Both the position numbers and the translations under genes were made by a program. DNA of 64,000 nt from Eledone cirrhosa (lineage: Eukaryota), in assembly GCA_964016885.1 (NCBI GenBank), contig OZ024740.1, positions 289,912,001-289,976,000 of the forward strand, in the 5' to 3' direction. Shown here in pieces: positions 1-15,000 of this stretch. Numbering within the stretch: position 1 is the first letter of the stretch; each line of letters starts with the position of its first letter. The notes beneath the pieces are model-generated. The model saw nothing but the letters and a program-made list of their open reading frames with translations, made no database searches and was not told the DNA's origin.

Positions 1-3000
1 TGGTAATGGTGTTGGTGGTGATGTTGGTAATAGTGTCAGAGATGGTGTTTGTATTGGTAATGGTGTTGGTGGTGATGTTGGTAATAGTGTCAGAGGTGGT
101 GTTTGTATTGGTAATGGTGTTGGTGGTGATGTTGGTAATAGTGTCAGAGGTGGTGTTTGTATTGGTAATGGTGTTGGTGGTGATGTTGGTTATAGTGTCA
201 GAGGTGGTGTTTGTATTGGTAATGGTGTTGGTGGTGATGTTGGTAATAGTGTCAGAGGTGGTGTTTGTATTGGTAATGGTGTTGGTGGTGATGTTGGTTA
301 TAGTGTCAGAGGTGGTGTTTGTATTGGTAATGCGTGTTGGTGGTGATGTTGGTAATAGTGTCAGAGGTGGTGTTTGTATTGGTAATGGTGTTGGTGGTGA
401 TGTTGGTTATAGTGTCAGAGATGGTGATTGTATTGGTAATGGTGTTGGTGGTGATGTTGGTAATAGTGTCAGAGGTGGTGTTTGTATTGGTGATGGTGTT
501 GGTGGTGATGTTGGTTATAGTGTCAGAGGTGGTGATTGTATTGGTAATGGTGTTGGTGGTGATGTTGGTAATAGTGTCAGAGGTGGTGTTTGTATTGGTG
601 ATGGTGTTGGTGGTGATGTTGGTTATAGTGTCAGAGATGGTGATTGTATTGGTAATGGTGTTGGTGGTGATGTTGGTAATAGTGTCAGAGGTGGTGTTTG
701 TATTGGTGATGGTGTTGGTGGTGATGTTGGTTATAGTGTCAGAGATGGTGATTGTATTGGTAATGGTGTTGGTGGTGATGTTGGTTATAGTGTCAGAGGT
801 GGTGATTGTATTGGTAATGGTGTTGGTGGTGATGTTGGTTATAGTGTCAGAGGTGGTGTTTGTATTGGTAATGGTGTTGGTGGTGATGTTGGTAATAGTG
901 TCAGAGGTGGTGTTTGTATTGGTAATGGTGTTGGTGGTGATGTTGGTTATAGTGTCAGAGATGGTGATTGTATTGGTAATGGTGTTGGTGGTGATGTTGG
1001 TATAGTGTCAGAGGTGGTGTTTGTATTGGTAATGGTGTTGGTGGTGATGTTGGTTATAGTGTCAGAGGTGGTGTTTGTATTGGTAATGGTGTTGGTGGTG
1101 ATGTTGGTTATAGTGTCAGAGGTGGTGTTTGTATTGGTGATGGTGTTGGTGGTGATGTTGGTAATAGTGTCAGAGATGGTGATTGTATTGGTAATGGTGT
1201 TGGTGGTGATGTTGGTTATAGTGTCAGAGGTGGTGTTTGTATTGGTGATGGTGTTGGTGGTGATGTTGGTAATAGTGTCAGAGATGGTGTTTGTATTGGT
1301 AATGGTGTTGGTGGTGATGTTGGTTATAGTGTCAGAGGTGGTGATTGTATTGGTAATGGTGTTGGTGGTGATGTTGGTAATAGTGTCAGAGATGGTGTTC
1401 GTATTGGTAATGGTGTTGGTGGTGATGTTGGTTATAGTGTCAGAGGTGGTGTTTGTATTGGTGATGGTGTTGGTGGTGATGTTGGTAATAGTGTCAGAGA
1501 TGGTGTTTGTATTGGTGATGGTGTTGGTGGTGATGTTGGTAATAGTGTCAGAGGTGGTGATTGTATTGGTAATGGTGTTGGTGGTGATGTTGGTTATAGT
1601 GTCAGAGATGGTGATTGTATTGGTAATGGTGTTGGTGGTGATGTTGGTTATAGTGTCAGAGGTGGTGTTTGTATTGGTAATGGTGTTGGTGGTGATGTTG
1701 GTTATAGTGTCAGAGATGGTGATTGTATTGGTAATGGTGTTGGTGGTGATGTTGGTAATAGTGTCAGAGGTGGTGTTTGTATTGGTAATGGTGTTGGTGG
1801 TGATGTTGGTTATAGTGTCAGAGATGGTGATTGTATTGGTAATGGTGTTGGTGGTGATGTTGGTAATAGTGTCAGAGATGGTGATTGTATTGGTGATGGT
1901 GTTGGTGGTGATGTTGGTAATAGTGTCAGAGATGGTGTTTGTATTGGTGATGGTGTTGGTGGTGATGTTGGTTATAGTGTCAGAGATGGTGTTTGTATTG
2001 GTAATGGTGTTGGTGGTGATGTTGGTAATAGTGTCAGAGATGGTGTTTGTATTGGTGATGGTGTTGGTGGTGATGTTGGTAATAGTGTCAGAGATGGTGT
2101 TTGTATTGGTGATGGTGTTGGTGGTGATGTTGGTAATAGTGTCAGAGATGGTGTTTGTATTGGTAATGGTGTTGGTGGTGATGTTGGTAATAGTGTCAGA
2201 GATGGTGTTTGTATTGGTGATGGTGTTGGTGGTGATGTTGGTTATAGTGTCAGAGGTGGTGTTTGTATTGGTAATGGTGTTGGTGGTGATGTTGGTTATA
2301 GTGTCAGAGATGGTGTTTGTATTGGTAATGGTGTTGGTGGTGATGTTGGTTATAGTGTCAGAGGTGGTGTTTGTATTGGTAATGGTGTTGGTGGTGATGT
2401 TGGTTATAGTGTCAGAGGTGGTGTTTGTATTGGTGATGGTGTTGGTGGTGATGTTGGTTATAGTGTCAGAGGTGGTGTTTGTATTGGTGATGGTGTTGGT
2501 GGTGATGTTGGTAATAGTGTCAGAGATGGTGTTTGTATTGGTGATGGTGTTGGTGGTGATGTTGGTAATAGTGTCAGAGATGGTGTTTGTATTGGTAATG
2601 GTGTTGGTGGTGATGTTGGTAATAGTGTCAGAGATGGTGTTTGTATTGGTGATGGTGTTGGTGGTGATGTTGGTTATAGTGTCAGAGGTGGTGTTTGTAT
2701 TGGTAATGGTGTTGGTGGTGATGTTGGTTATAGTGTCAGAGATGGTGTTTGTATTGGTAATGGTGTTGGTGGTGATGTTGGTTATAGTGTCAGAGGTGGT
2801 GTTTGTATTGGTAATGGTGTTGGTGGTGATGTTGGTAATAGTGTCAGAGATGGTGTTTGTATTGGTAATGGTGTTGGTGGTGATGTTGGTTATAGTGTCA
2901 GAGGTGGTGTTTGTATTGGTAATGGTGTTGGTGGTGATGTTGGTAATAGTGTCAGAGGTGGTGTTTGTATTGGTAATGGTGTTGGTGGTGATGTTGGTTA

Positions 3001-6000
3001 TAGTGTCAGAGGTGGTGTTTGTATTGGTGATGGTGTTGGTGGTGATGTTGGTTATAGTGTCAGAGGTGGTGTTTGTATTGGTGATGGTGTTGGTGGTGAT
3101 GTTGGTTATAGTGTCAGAGGTGGTGTTTGTATTGGTAATGGTGTTGGTGGTGATGTTGGTAATAGTGTCAGAGATGGTGTTTGTATTGGTGATGGTGTTG
3201 GTGGTGATGTTGGTAATAGTGTCAGAGATGGTGTTTGTATTGGTAATGGTGTTGGTGGTGATGTTGGTTATAGTGTCAGAGGTGGTGTTTGTATTGGTGA
3301 TGGTGTTGGTGGTGATGTTGGTTATAGTGTCAGAGGTGGTGTTTGTATTGGTAATGGTGTTGGTGGTGATGTTGGTAATAGTGTCAGAGATGGTGTTTGT
3401 ATTGGTGATGGTGTTGGTGGTGATGTTGGTTATAGTGTCAGAGATGGTGATTGTATTGGTAATGGTGTTGGTGGTGATGTTGGTTATAGTGTCAGAGGTG
3501 GTGTTTGTATTGGTAATGGTGTTGGTGGTGATGTTGGTAATAGTGTCAGAGATGGTGTTTGTATTGGTAATGGTGTTGGTGGTGATGTTGGTAATAGTGT
3601 CAGAGATGGTGTTTGTATTGGTAATGGTGTTGGTGGTGATGTTGGTAATAGTGTCAGAGGTGGTGATTGTATTGGTAATGGTGTTGGTGGTGATGTTGGT
3701 TATAGTGTCAGAGGTGGTGTTTGTATTGGTAATGGTGTTGGTGGTGATGTTGGTAATAGTGTCAGTGATGGTGTTTGTATTGGTAATGGTGTTGGTGGTG
3801 ATGTTGGTAATAGTGTCAGAGATGGTGTTTGTATTGGTAATGGTGTTGGTGGTGATGTTGGTAATAGTGTCAGAGGTGGTGATTGTATTGGTAATGGTGT
3901 TGGTGGTGATGTTGGTTATAGTGTCAGAGGTGGTGATTGTATTGGTAATGGTGTTGGTGGTGATGTTGGTTATAGTGTCAGAGGTGGTGATTGTATTGGT
4001 AATGGTGTTGGTGGTGATGTTGGTTATAGTGTCAGAGGTGGTGTTTGTATTGGTAATGGTGTTGGTGGTGATGTTGGTTATAGTGTCAGAGGTGGTGATT
4101 GTATTGGTGATGGTGTTGGTGGTGATGTTGGTAATAGTGTCAGAGGTGGTGTTTGTATTGGTGATGGTGTTGGTGGTGATGTTGGTAATAGTGTCAGAGA
4201 TGGTGTTTGTATTGGTAATGGTGTTGGTGGTGATGTTGGTAATAGTGTCAGAGATGGTGTTTGTATTGGTAATGGTGTTGGTGGTGATGTTGGTTATAGT
4301 GTCAGAGGTGGTGTTTGTATTGGTAATGGTGTTGGTGGTGATGTTGGTTATAGTGTCAGAGATGGTGTTTGTATTGGTAATGGTGTTGGTGGTGATGTTG
4401 GTAATAGTGTCAGAGGTGGTGTTTGTATTGGTAATGGTGTTGGTGGTGATGTTGGTTATAGTGTCAGAGGTGGTGATTGTATTGGTGATGGTGTTGGTGG
4501 TGATGTTGGTTATAGTGTCAGAGATGGTGTTTGTATTGGTGATGGTGTTGGTGGTGATGTTGGTTATAGTGTCAGAGGTGCGTGTTTGTATTGGTAATGG
4601 TGTTGGTGGTGATGTTGGTTATAGTGTCAGAGGTGGTGTTTGTATTGGTGATGGTGTTGGTGGTGATGTTGGTAATAGTGTCAGAGATGGTGTTTGTATT
4701 GGTAATGGTGTTGGTGGTGATGTTGGTTATAGTGTCAGAGGTGGTGTTTGTATTGGTAATGGTGTTGGTGGTGATGTTGGTTATAGTGTCAGAGGTGGTG
4801 TTTGTATTGGTAATGGTGTTGGTGGTGATGTTGGTAATAGTGTCAGAGGTGGTGATTGTATTGGTGAATGGTGTTGGTGGTGATGTTGGTAATAGTGTCA
4901 GAGGTGGTGTTTGTATTGGTAATGGTGTTGGTGGTGATGTTGGTAATAGTGTCAGAGGTGGTGATTGTATTGGTAATGGTTTTGGTGGTGATGTTGGTAA
5001 TAGTGTCAGAGGTGGTGTTTGTATTGGTAATGGTGTTGGTGGTGATGTTGGTAATAGTGTCAGAGATGGTGATTGTATTGGTAATGGTGTTGGTGGTGAT
5101 GTTGGTAATAGTGTCAGAGGTGGTGTTTGTATTGGGTAATGGTGTTGGTGGTGATGTTGGTAATAGTGTCAGAGGTGGTGTTTGTATTGGTAATGGTGTT
5201 GGTGGTGATGTTGGTAATAGTGTCAGAGGTGGTGATTTATTGGTAATGGTGTTGGTGGTGATGTTGGTAATAGTGTCAGAGGTGGTGTTTGTATTGGTGA
5301 TGGTGTTGGTGGTGATGTTGGTTATAGTGTCAGAGGTGGTGTTTGTATTGGTGATGGTGTTGGTGGTGATGTTGGTTATAGTGTCAGAGATGGTGTTTGT
5401 ATTGGTGATGGTGTTGGTGGTGATGTTGGTTATAGTGTCAGAGGTGGTGTTTGTATTGGTAATGGTGTTGGTGGTGATGTTGGTAATAGTGTCAGAGATG
5501 GTGTTTGTATTGGTAATGGTGTTGGTGGTGATGTTGGTTATAGTGTCAGAGGTGGTGTTTGTATTGGTAATGGTGTTGGTGGTGATGTTGGTAATAGTGT
5601 CAGAGGTGGTGTTTGTATTGGTAATGGTGTTGGTGGTGATGTTGGTTATAGTGTCAGAGGTGGTGTTTGTATTGGTGATGGTGTTGGTGGTGATGTTGGT
5701 TATAGTGTCAGAGGTGGTGTTTGTATTGGTGATGGTGTTGGTGGTGATGTTGGTTATAGTGTCAGAGGTGGTGTTTGTATTGGTAATGGTGTTGGTGGTG
5801 ATGTTGGTAATAGTGTCAGAGATGGTGTTTGTATTGGTGATGGTGTTGGTGGTGATGTTGGTAATAGTGTCAGAGATGGTGTTTGTATTGGTAATGGTGT
5901 TGGTGGTGATGTTGGTTATAGTGTCAGAGGTGGTGTTTGTATTGGTGATGGTGTTGGTGGTGATGTTGGTTATAGTGTCAGAGGTGGTGTTTGTATTGGT

Positions 6001-9000
6001 AATGGTGTTGGTGGTGATGTTGGTAATAGTGTCAGAGATGGTGTTTGTATTGGTGATGGTGTTGGTGGTGATGTTGGTTATAGTGTCAGAGATGGTGATT
6101 GTATTGGTAATGGTGTTGGTGGTGATGTTGGTTATAGTGTCAGAGGTGGTGTTTGTATTGGTAATGGTGTTGGTGGTGATGTTGGTAATAGTGTCAGAGA
6201 TGGTGTTTGTATTGGTAATGGTGTTGGTGGTGATGTTGGTAATAGTGTCAGAGATGGTGTTTGTATTGGTAATGGTGTTGGTGGTGATGTTGGTAATAGT
6301 GTCAGAGGTGGTGATTGTATTGGTAATGGTGTTGGTGGTGATGTNNNNNNNNNNNNNNNNNNNNNNNNNNNNNNNNNNNNNNNNNNNNNNNNNNNNNNNN
6401 NNNNNNNNNNNNNNNNNNNNNNNNNNNNNNNNNNNNNNNNNNNNNNNNNNNNNNNNNNNNNNNNNNNNNNNNNNNNNNNNNNNNNNNNNNNNNNNNNNNN
6501 NNNNNNNNNNNNNNNNNNNNNNNNNNNNNNNNNNNNNNNNNNNNTATTGGTAATGGTGTTGGTGGTGATGTTGGTAATAGTGTCAGAGGTGGTGTTTGTA
6601 TTGGTGATGGTGTTGGTGGTGATGTTGGTAATGGTGTCAGAGATGGTGTTTGTATTGGTGATGGTGTTGGTGGTGATGTTGGTTATAGTGTCAGAGGTGG
6701 TGTTTGTATTGGTAATGGTGTTGGTGGTGATGTTGGTAATGGTGTCAGAGATGGTGTTTGTATTGGTGATGGTGTTGGTGGTGATGTTGGTTATAGTGTC
6801 AGAGGTGGTGTTTGTATTGGTAATGGTGTTGGTGGTGATGTTGGTAATAGTGTCAGAGGTGGTGATTGTATTGGTAATGGTGTTGGTGGTGATGTTGGTT
6901 ATAGTGTCAGAGGTGGTGTTTGTATTGGTGATGGTGTTGGTGGTGATGTTGGTTATAGTGTCAGAGATGGTGTCGTATTGGTAATGGTGTTGGTGGTGAT
7001 GTTGGTAATAGTGTCAGAGATGGTGTTTGTATTGGTAATGGTGTTGGTGGTGATGTTGGTTATAGTGTCAGAGGTGGTGTATGTATTGGTGATGGTGTTG
7101 GTGGTGATGTTGGTTATAGTGTCAGAGATGGTGATTGTATTGGTGATGGTGTTGGTGGTGATGTTGGTAATAGTGTCAGAGGTGGTGTTTGTATTGGTAA
7201 TGGTGTTGGTGGTGATGTTGGTAATAGTGTCAGAGATGGTGTTTGTATTGGTAATGGTGTTGGTGGTGATGTTGGTAATAGTGTCAGAGATGGTGTTTGT
7301 ATTGGTAATGGTGTTGGTGGTGATGTTGGTAATAGTGTCAGAGATGGTGTTTGTATTGGTAATGGTGTTGGTGGTGATGTTGGTAATAGTGTCAGAGGTG
7401 GTGATTGTATTGGTAATGGTGTTGGTGGTGATGTTGGTTATAGTGTCAGAGATGGTGTTTGTATTGGTAATGGTGTTGGTGGTGATGTTGGTTATAGTGT
7501 CAGAGGTGGTGTTTGTATTGGTAATGGTGTTGGTGGTGATGTTGGTTATAGTGTCAGAGGTGGTGTTTGTATTGGTAATGGTGTTGGTGGTGATGTTGGT
7601 TATAGTGTCAGAGGTGGTGTTTGTATTGGTAATGGTGTTGGTGGTCATGTTGGTAATAGTGTCAGAGGTGGTGTTTGTATTGGTAATGGTGTTGGTGGTG
7701 ATGTTGGTTATAGTGTCAGAGGTGGTGTTTGTATTGGTAATGGTGTTGGTGGTCATGTTGGTAATAGTGTCAGAGGTGGTGTTTGTATTGGTAATGGTGT
7801 TGGTGGTGATGTTGGTTATAGTGTCAGAGGTGGTGTTTGTATTGGTAATGGTGTTGGTGGTGATGTTGGTAATAGTGTCAGAGATGGTGTTTGTATTGGT
7901 GATGGTGTTGGTGGTGATGTTGGTAATAGTGTCAGAGGTGGTGTTTGTATTGGTAATGGTGTTGGTGGTGATGTTGGTAATAGTGTCAGAGGTGGTGTTT
8001 GTATTGGTGATGGTGTTGGTGGTGATGTTGGTAATAGTGTCAGAGGTGGTGTTTGTATTGGTAATGGTGTTGGTGGTGATGTTGGTAATAGTGTCAGAGG
8101 TGGTGTTTGTATTGGTAATGGTGTTGGTGGTGATGTTGGTTATAGTGTCAGAGGTGGTGTTTGTATTGGTAATGGTGTTGGTGGTGATGTTGGTAATAGT
8201 GTCAGAGGTGGTGTTTGTATTGGTAATGGTGTTGGTGGTGATGTTGGTTATAGTGTCAGAGGTGGTGTTTGTATTGGTGATGGTGTTGGTGGTGATGTTG
8301 GTAATAGTGTCAGAGGTGGTGTTTGTATTGGTGATGGTGTTGGTGGTGATGTTGGTAATAGTGTCAGAGGTGGTGTTTGTATTGGTAATGGTGTTGGTGG
8401 TGATGTTGGTAATAGTGTCAGAGGTGGTGTTTGTATTGGTGATGGTGTTGGTGGTGATGTTGGTAATAGTGTCAGAGGTGGTGTTTGTATTGGTAATGGT
8501 GTTGGTGGTGATGTTGGTAATAGTGTCAGAGGTGGTGTTTGTATTGGTGATGGTGTTGGTGGTGATGTTGGTAATAGTGTCAGAGGTGGTGTTTGTATTG
8601 GTAATGGTGTTGGTGGTGATGTTGGTTATAGTGTCAGAGATGGTGTTTGTATTGGTAATGGTGTTGGTGGTGATGTTGGTAATAGTGTCAGAGGTGGTGT
8701 TTGTATTGGTGATGGTGTTGGTGGTGATGTTGGTAATAGTGTCAGAGGTGGTGTTTGTATTGGTAATGGTGTTGGTGGTGATGTTGGTAATAGTGTCAGA
8801 GGTGGTGTTTGTATTGGTAATGGTGTTGGTGGTGATGTTGGTTATAGTGTCAGAGGTGGTGTTTGTATTGGTAATGGTGTTGGTGGTGATGTTGGTTATA
8901 GTGTCAGAGGTGGTGTTTGTATTGGTAATGGTGTTGGTGGTGATGTTGGTTATAGTGTCAGAGGTGGTGTTTGTATTGGTGATGGTGTTGGTGGTGATGT

Positions 9001-12000
9001 TGGTTATAGTGTCAGAGATGGTGTTTGTATTGGTAATGGTGTTGGTGGTGATGTTGGTAATAGTGTCAGAGGTGGTGTTTGTATTGGTAATGGTGTTGGT
9101 GGTGATGTTGGTTATAGTGTCAGAGGTGGTGTTTGTATTGGTGATGGTGTTGGTGGTGATGTTGGTTATAGTGTCAGAGATGGTGTTTGTATTGGTAATG
9201 GTGTTGGTGGTGATGTTGGTAATAGTGTCAGAGGTGGTGTTTGTATTGGTGATGGTGTTGGTGGTGATGTTGGTAATAGTGTCAGAGGTGGTGTTTGTAT
9301 TGGTAATGGTGTTGGTGGTGATGTTGGTAATAGTGTCAGAGATGGTGTTTGTATTGGTAATGGTGTTGGTGGTGATGTTGGTAATAGTGTCAGAGATGGT
9401 GTTTGCATTGGTAATGGTGTTGGTGGTGATGTTGGTTATAGTGTCAGAGGTGGTGTTTGTATTTGTAATGGTGTTGGTGGTGATGTTGGTAATAGTGTCA
9501 GAGGTGGTGTTTGTATTGGTAATGGTGTTGGTGGTGATGTTGGTTATAGTGTCAGAGATGGTGATTGTATTGGTAATGGTGTTGGTGGTGATGTTGGTAA
9601 TAGTGTCAGAGATGGTGTTTGTATTGGTGATGGTGTTGGTGGTGATGTTGGTAATAGTGTCAGAGGTGGTGTTTGTATTGGTAATGGTGTTGGTGGTGAT
9701 GTTGGTAATAGTGTCAGAGATGGTGATTGTATTGGTGATGGTGTTGGTGGTGATGTTGGTTATAGTGTCAGAGGTGGTGTTTGTATTGGTAATGGTGTTG
9801 GTGGTGATGTTGGTAATAGTGTCAGAGGTGGTGTTTGTATTGGTGATGGTGTTGGTGGTGATGTTGGTAATAGTGTCAGAGATGGTGATTGTATTGGTGA
9901 TGGTGTTGGTGGTGATGTTGGTAATAGTGTCAGAGATGGTGATTGTATTGGTGATGGTGTTGGTGGTGATGTTGGTTATAGTGTCAGAGGTGGTGTTTGT
10001 ATTGGTAATGGTGTTGGTGGTGATGTTGGTAATAGTGTCAGAGATGGTGATTGTATTGGTGATGGTGTTGGTGGTGATGTTGGTAATAGTGTCAGAGATG
10101 GTGATTGTATTGGTGATGGTGTTGGTGGTGATGTTGGTTATAGTGTCAGAGGTGGTGTTTGTATTGGTAATGGTGTTGGTGGTGATGTTGGTAATAGTGT
10201 CAGAGATAGTGATTGTATTGGTGATGGTGTTGGTGGTGATGTTGGTTATAGTGTCAGAGGTGGTGTTTGTATTGGTGATGGTGTTGGTGGTGATGTTGGT
10301 TATAGTGTCAGAGGTGGTGTTTGTATTGGTGATGGTGTTGGTGGTGATGTTGGTAATAGTGTCAGAGGTGGTGTTTGTATTGGTGATGGTGTTGGTGGTG
10401 ATGTTGGTAATAGTGTCAGAGATGGTGATTGTATTGGCAATGGTGTTGGTGGTGATGTTGGTTATAGTGTCAGAGGTGGTGATTGTATTGGTGATGGTGT
10501 TGGTGGTGATGTTGGTTATAGTGTCAGAGGTGGTGTTTGTATTGGTGATGGTGTTGGTGGTGATGTTGGTAATAGTGTCAGAGATGGTGATTGTATTGCT
10601 GATGGTGTTGGTGGTGATGTTGGTAATAGTGTCAGAGATGGTGATTGTATTGGTGATGGTGTTGGTGGTGATGTTGGTTATAGTGTCAGAGGTGGTGTTT
10701 GTATTGGTGATGGTGTTGGTGGTGATGTTGGTAATAGTGTCAGAGGTGGTGTTTGTATTGATGATGGTGTTGGTGGTGATGTTGGTAATAGTGTCAGAGA
10801 TGGTGATTGTATTGGTGATGGTGTTGGTGGTGATGTTGGTTATAGTGTCAAAGGTGGTGTTTGTATTGGTGATGGTGTTGGTGGTGATGTGGTAATAGTG
10901 TCAGAGATGGTGATTGTATTGGTGATGGTGTTGGTGGTGATGTTGGTTATAGTGTCAGAGGTGGTGTTTGTATTGGTAATGGTGTTGGTGGTGATGTTGG
11001 TAATAGTGTCAGAGATGGTGTTTGTATTGGTAATGGTGTTGGTGGTGATGTTGGTTATAGTGTCAGAGGTGGTGTTTGTATTGGTGATGGTGTTGGTGGT
11101 GATGTTGGTTATAGTGTCAGAGGTGGTGATTGTATTGGTAATGGTGTTGGTGGTGATGTTGGTAATAGTGTCAGAGATGGTGATTGTATTGGTGATGGTG
11201 TTGGTGGTGATGTTGGTTATAGTGTCAGAGGTGGTGTTTGTATTGGTAATGGTGTTGGTGGTGATGTTGGTAATAGTGTCAAAGGTGGTGTTTGTATTGG
11301 TGATGGTGTTGGTGGTGATGTTGGTAATAGTGTCAGAGATGGTGATTGTATTGGTGATGGTGTTGGTGGTGATGTTGGTTATAGTGTCAGAGGTGGTGTT
11401 TGTATTGGTGATGGTGTTGGTGGTGATGTTGGTTATAGTGTCAGAGATGGTGATTGTATTGGTAATGGTGTTGGTGGTGATGTTGGTTATAGTGTCAGAG
11501 GTGGTGTTTGTATTGGTAATGGTGTTGGTGGTGATGTTGGTAATAGTGTCAGAGGTGGTGATTGTATTGGTAATGGTGTTGGTGGTGATGTTGGTTATAG
11601 TGTCAGAGATGGTGTTTGTATTGGTAATGGTGTTGGTGGTGATGTTGGTTATAGTGTCAGAGGTGGTGTTTGTATTGGTAATGGTGTTGGTGGTGATGTT
11701 GGTAATCGTGTCAGAGGTGGTGTTTGTATTGGTGATGGTGTTTGTGGTGATGTTGGTAATAGTGTCAGAGATGGTGTTTGTATTGGTAATGGTGTTGGTG
11801 GTGATGTTGGTAATAGTGTCAGAGATGGTGATTGTATTGGTAATGTTGTTGGTGGTGATGTTGGTTATAGTGTCAGAGGTGGTGTTTGTATTGGTAATGG
11901 TGTTGGTGGTGATGTTGGTTATAGTGTCAGAGGTGGTGTTTGTATTGGTAATGGTGTTGGTGGTGATGTTGGTAATAGTGTCAGAGATGGTGATTGTATT

Positions 12001-15000
12001 GGTAATGGTGTTGGTGGTGATGTTGGTTATAGTGTCAGAGGTGGTGTTTGTATTGGTAATGGTGTTGGTGGTGATGTTGGTAATAGTGTCAGAGATGGTG
12101 TTTGTATTGGTAATGGTGTTGGTGGTGATGTTGGTTATAGTGTCAGAGATGGTGTTTGTATTGGTGATGGTGTTGGTGGTGATGTTGGTTATAGTGTCAG
12201 AGGTGGTGATTGTATTGGTAATGGTGTTGGTGGTGATGTTGGTTATAGTGTCAGAGGTGGTGATTGTATTGGTAATGGTGTTGGTGGTGATGTTGGTAAT
12301 AGTGTCAGAGGTGGTGATTGTATTGGTAATGGTGTTGGTGGTGATGTTGGTAATAGTGTCAGAGGTGGTGATTGTATTGGTAATGGTGTTGGTGGTGATG
12401 TTGGTAATAGTGTCAGAGGTGGTGTTTGTATTGGTAATGGTGTTGGTGGTGATGTTGGTAATAGTGTCAGAGATGGTGTTTGTATTGGTGATGGTGTTGG
12501 TGGTGATGTTGGTTATAGTGTCAGAGGTGGTGTTTGTATTGGTGATGGTGTTGGTGGTGATGTTGGTAATAGTGTCAGAGGTGGTGTTTGTATTGGTAAT
12601 GGTGTTGGTGGTGATGTTGGTAATAGTGTCAGAGATGGTGTTTGTATTGGTGATGGTGTTGGTGGTGATGTTGGTTATAGTGTCAGAGGTGGTGTTTGTA
12701 TTGGTGATGGTGTTGGTGGTGATGTTGGTAATAGTGTCAGAGGTGGTGTTTGTATTGGTAATGGTGTTGGTGGTGATATTGGTAATAGTGTCAGAGATGG
12801 TGTTTGTATTGGTAATGGTGTTGGTGGTGATGTTGGTAATAGTGTCAGAGGTGGTGTTTGTATTGGTAATGGTGTTGGTGGTGATGTTGGTTATAGCGTC
12901 AGAGATGGTGTTTGTGTTGGTGATGGTATTGGTGGTGATGTTGGTAATAGTGTCAGAGATGGTGTTTGTATTGGTGATGGTGTTGGTGGTGATGTTGGTA
13001 ATAGTGTCAGAGATGGTGTTTGTATTGGTGATGGTGTTGGTGGTGATGTTGGTAATAGTGTCAGAGGTGGTGTTTGTATTGGTAATGGTGTTGGTGGTGA
13101 TGTTGGTTATAGTGTCAGAGGTGGTGTTTGTATTGGTAATGGTGTTGGTGGTGATGTTGGTAATAGTGTCAGAGATGGTGTTTGTATTGGTAATGGTGTT
13201 GGTGGTGATGTTGGTAATAGTGTCAGAGATGGTGTTTGTATGGGTAATGGTGTTGGTGGTGATGTTGGTAATAGTGTCAGAGATGGTGTTTGTATTGGTG
13301 ATGGTGTTGGTGGTGATGTTGGTTATAGTGTCAGAGGTGGTGTTTGTATTGGTAATGGTGTTGGTGGTGATGTTGGTTATAGTGTCAGAGGTGGTGTTTG
13401 TATTGGTAATGGTGTTGGTGGTGATGTTGGTAATAGTGTCAGAGATGGTGTTTGTATTGGTGATGGTGTTGGTGGTGATGTTGGTAATAGTGTCAGAGGT
13501 GGTGTTTGTATTGGTGATGGTGTTGGTGGTGATGTTGGTTATAGTGTCAGAGATGGTGTTTGTATTGGTAATGGTGTTGGTGGTGATGTTGGTTATAGTG
13601 TCAGAGGTGGTGTTTGTATTGGTGATGGTGTTGGTGGTGATGTTGGTTATAGTGTCAGAGGTGGTGTTTGTATTGGTAATGCTGTTGGTGGTGATGTTGG
13701 TTATAGTGTCAGAGGTGGTGTTTGTATTGGTAATGGTGTTGGTGGTGATGTTGGTTATAGTGTCAGAGGTGGTGTTTGTATTGGTAATGGTGTTGGTGGT
13801 GATGTTGGTAATAGTGTCAGAGGTGGTGTTTGTATTGGTAATGGTGTTGGTGGTGATGTTGATTATAGTGTCAGAGATGGTGTTTGTATTGGTGATGGTG
13901 TTGGTGGTGATGTTGGTTATAGTGTCAGAGGTGGTGTTTGTATTGGTGATGGTGTTGGTGGTGATGTTGGTTATAGTGTCAGAGGTGGTGTTTGTATTGG
14001 TAATGGTGTTGGTGGTGATGTTGGTTATAGTGTCAGAGGTGGTGTTTGTATTGGTAATGGTGTTGGTGGTGATGTTGGTTATAGTGTCAGAGGTGGTGTT
14101 TGTATTGGTAATGGTGTTGGTGGTGATGTTGGTAATAGTGTCAGAGGTGGTGTTTGTATTGGTAATGGTGTTGGTGGTGATGTTGGTTATAGTGTCAGAG
14201 GTGGTGTTTGTATTGGTGATGGTGTTGGTGGTGATGTTGGTAATAGTGTCAGAGATGGTGTCTGTATTGGTAATGGTGTTGGTGGTGATGTTGGTAATAG
14301 TGTGAGAGATGGTGTTTGTATTGGTAATGGTGTTGGTGGTGATGTTGGTTATAGTGTCAGAGGTGGTGTTTGTATTGGTGATGGTGTTTGTGGTGATGTT
14401 GGTAATAGTGTCAGAGGTGGTGTTTGTATTGGTAATGGTGTTGGTGGTGATGTTGGTAATAGTGTCAGAGGTGGTGATTGTATTGGTAATGGTGTTGTTG
14501 GTGATGTTGGTTATAGTATCAGAGGTGGTGTTTGTATTGGTGATGGTGTTGGTGGTGATGTTGGTTATAGTGTCAGAGATGGTGTTTGTGTTGGTGATGG
14601 TGTTGGTGGTGATGTTGGTTATAGTGTCAGAGATGGTGTTTGTGTTGGTAATGGTGTTGGTGGTGATGTTGGTAATAGTGTCAGAGGTGTTATTTGTATT
14701 GGTGATGGTGTTGGTGGTGATGTTGGTTATAGTGTCAGAGATGGTGTTTGTATTGGTAATGGTGTTGGTGGTGATGTTGGTAATAGTGTCAGAGGTGGTG
14801 TTTGTATTGGTGATGGTGTTGGTGGTGATGTTGGTAATAGTGTCAGAGGTGGTGTTTGTATTGGTAATGGTGTTGGTGGTGATGTTGGTAATAGTGTCAG
14901 AGGTGGTGTTTGTATTGGTAATGGTGTTGGTGGTGATGTTGGTTATAGTGTCAGAGGTGGTGATTGTATTGGTGATGGTGTTGGTGGTGATGTTGGTTAT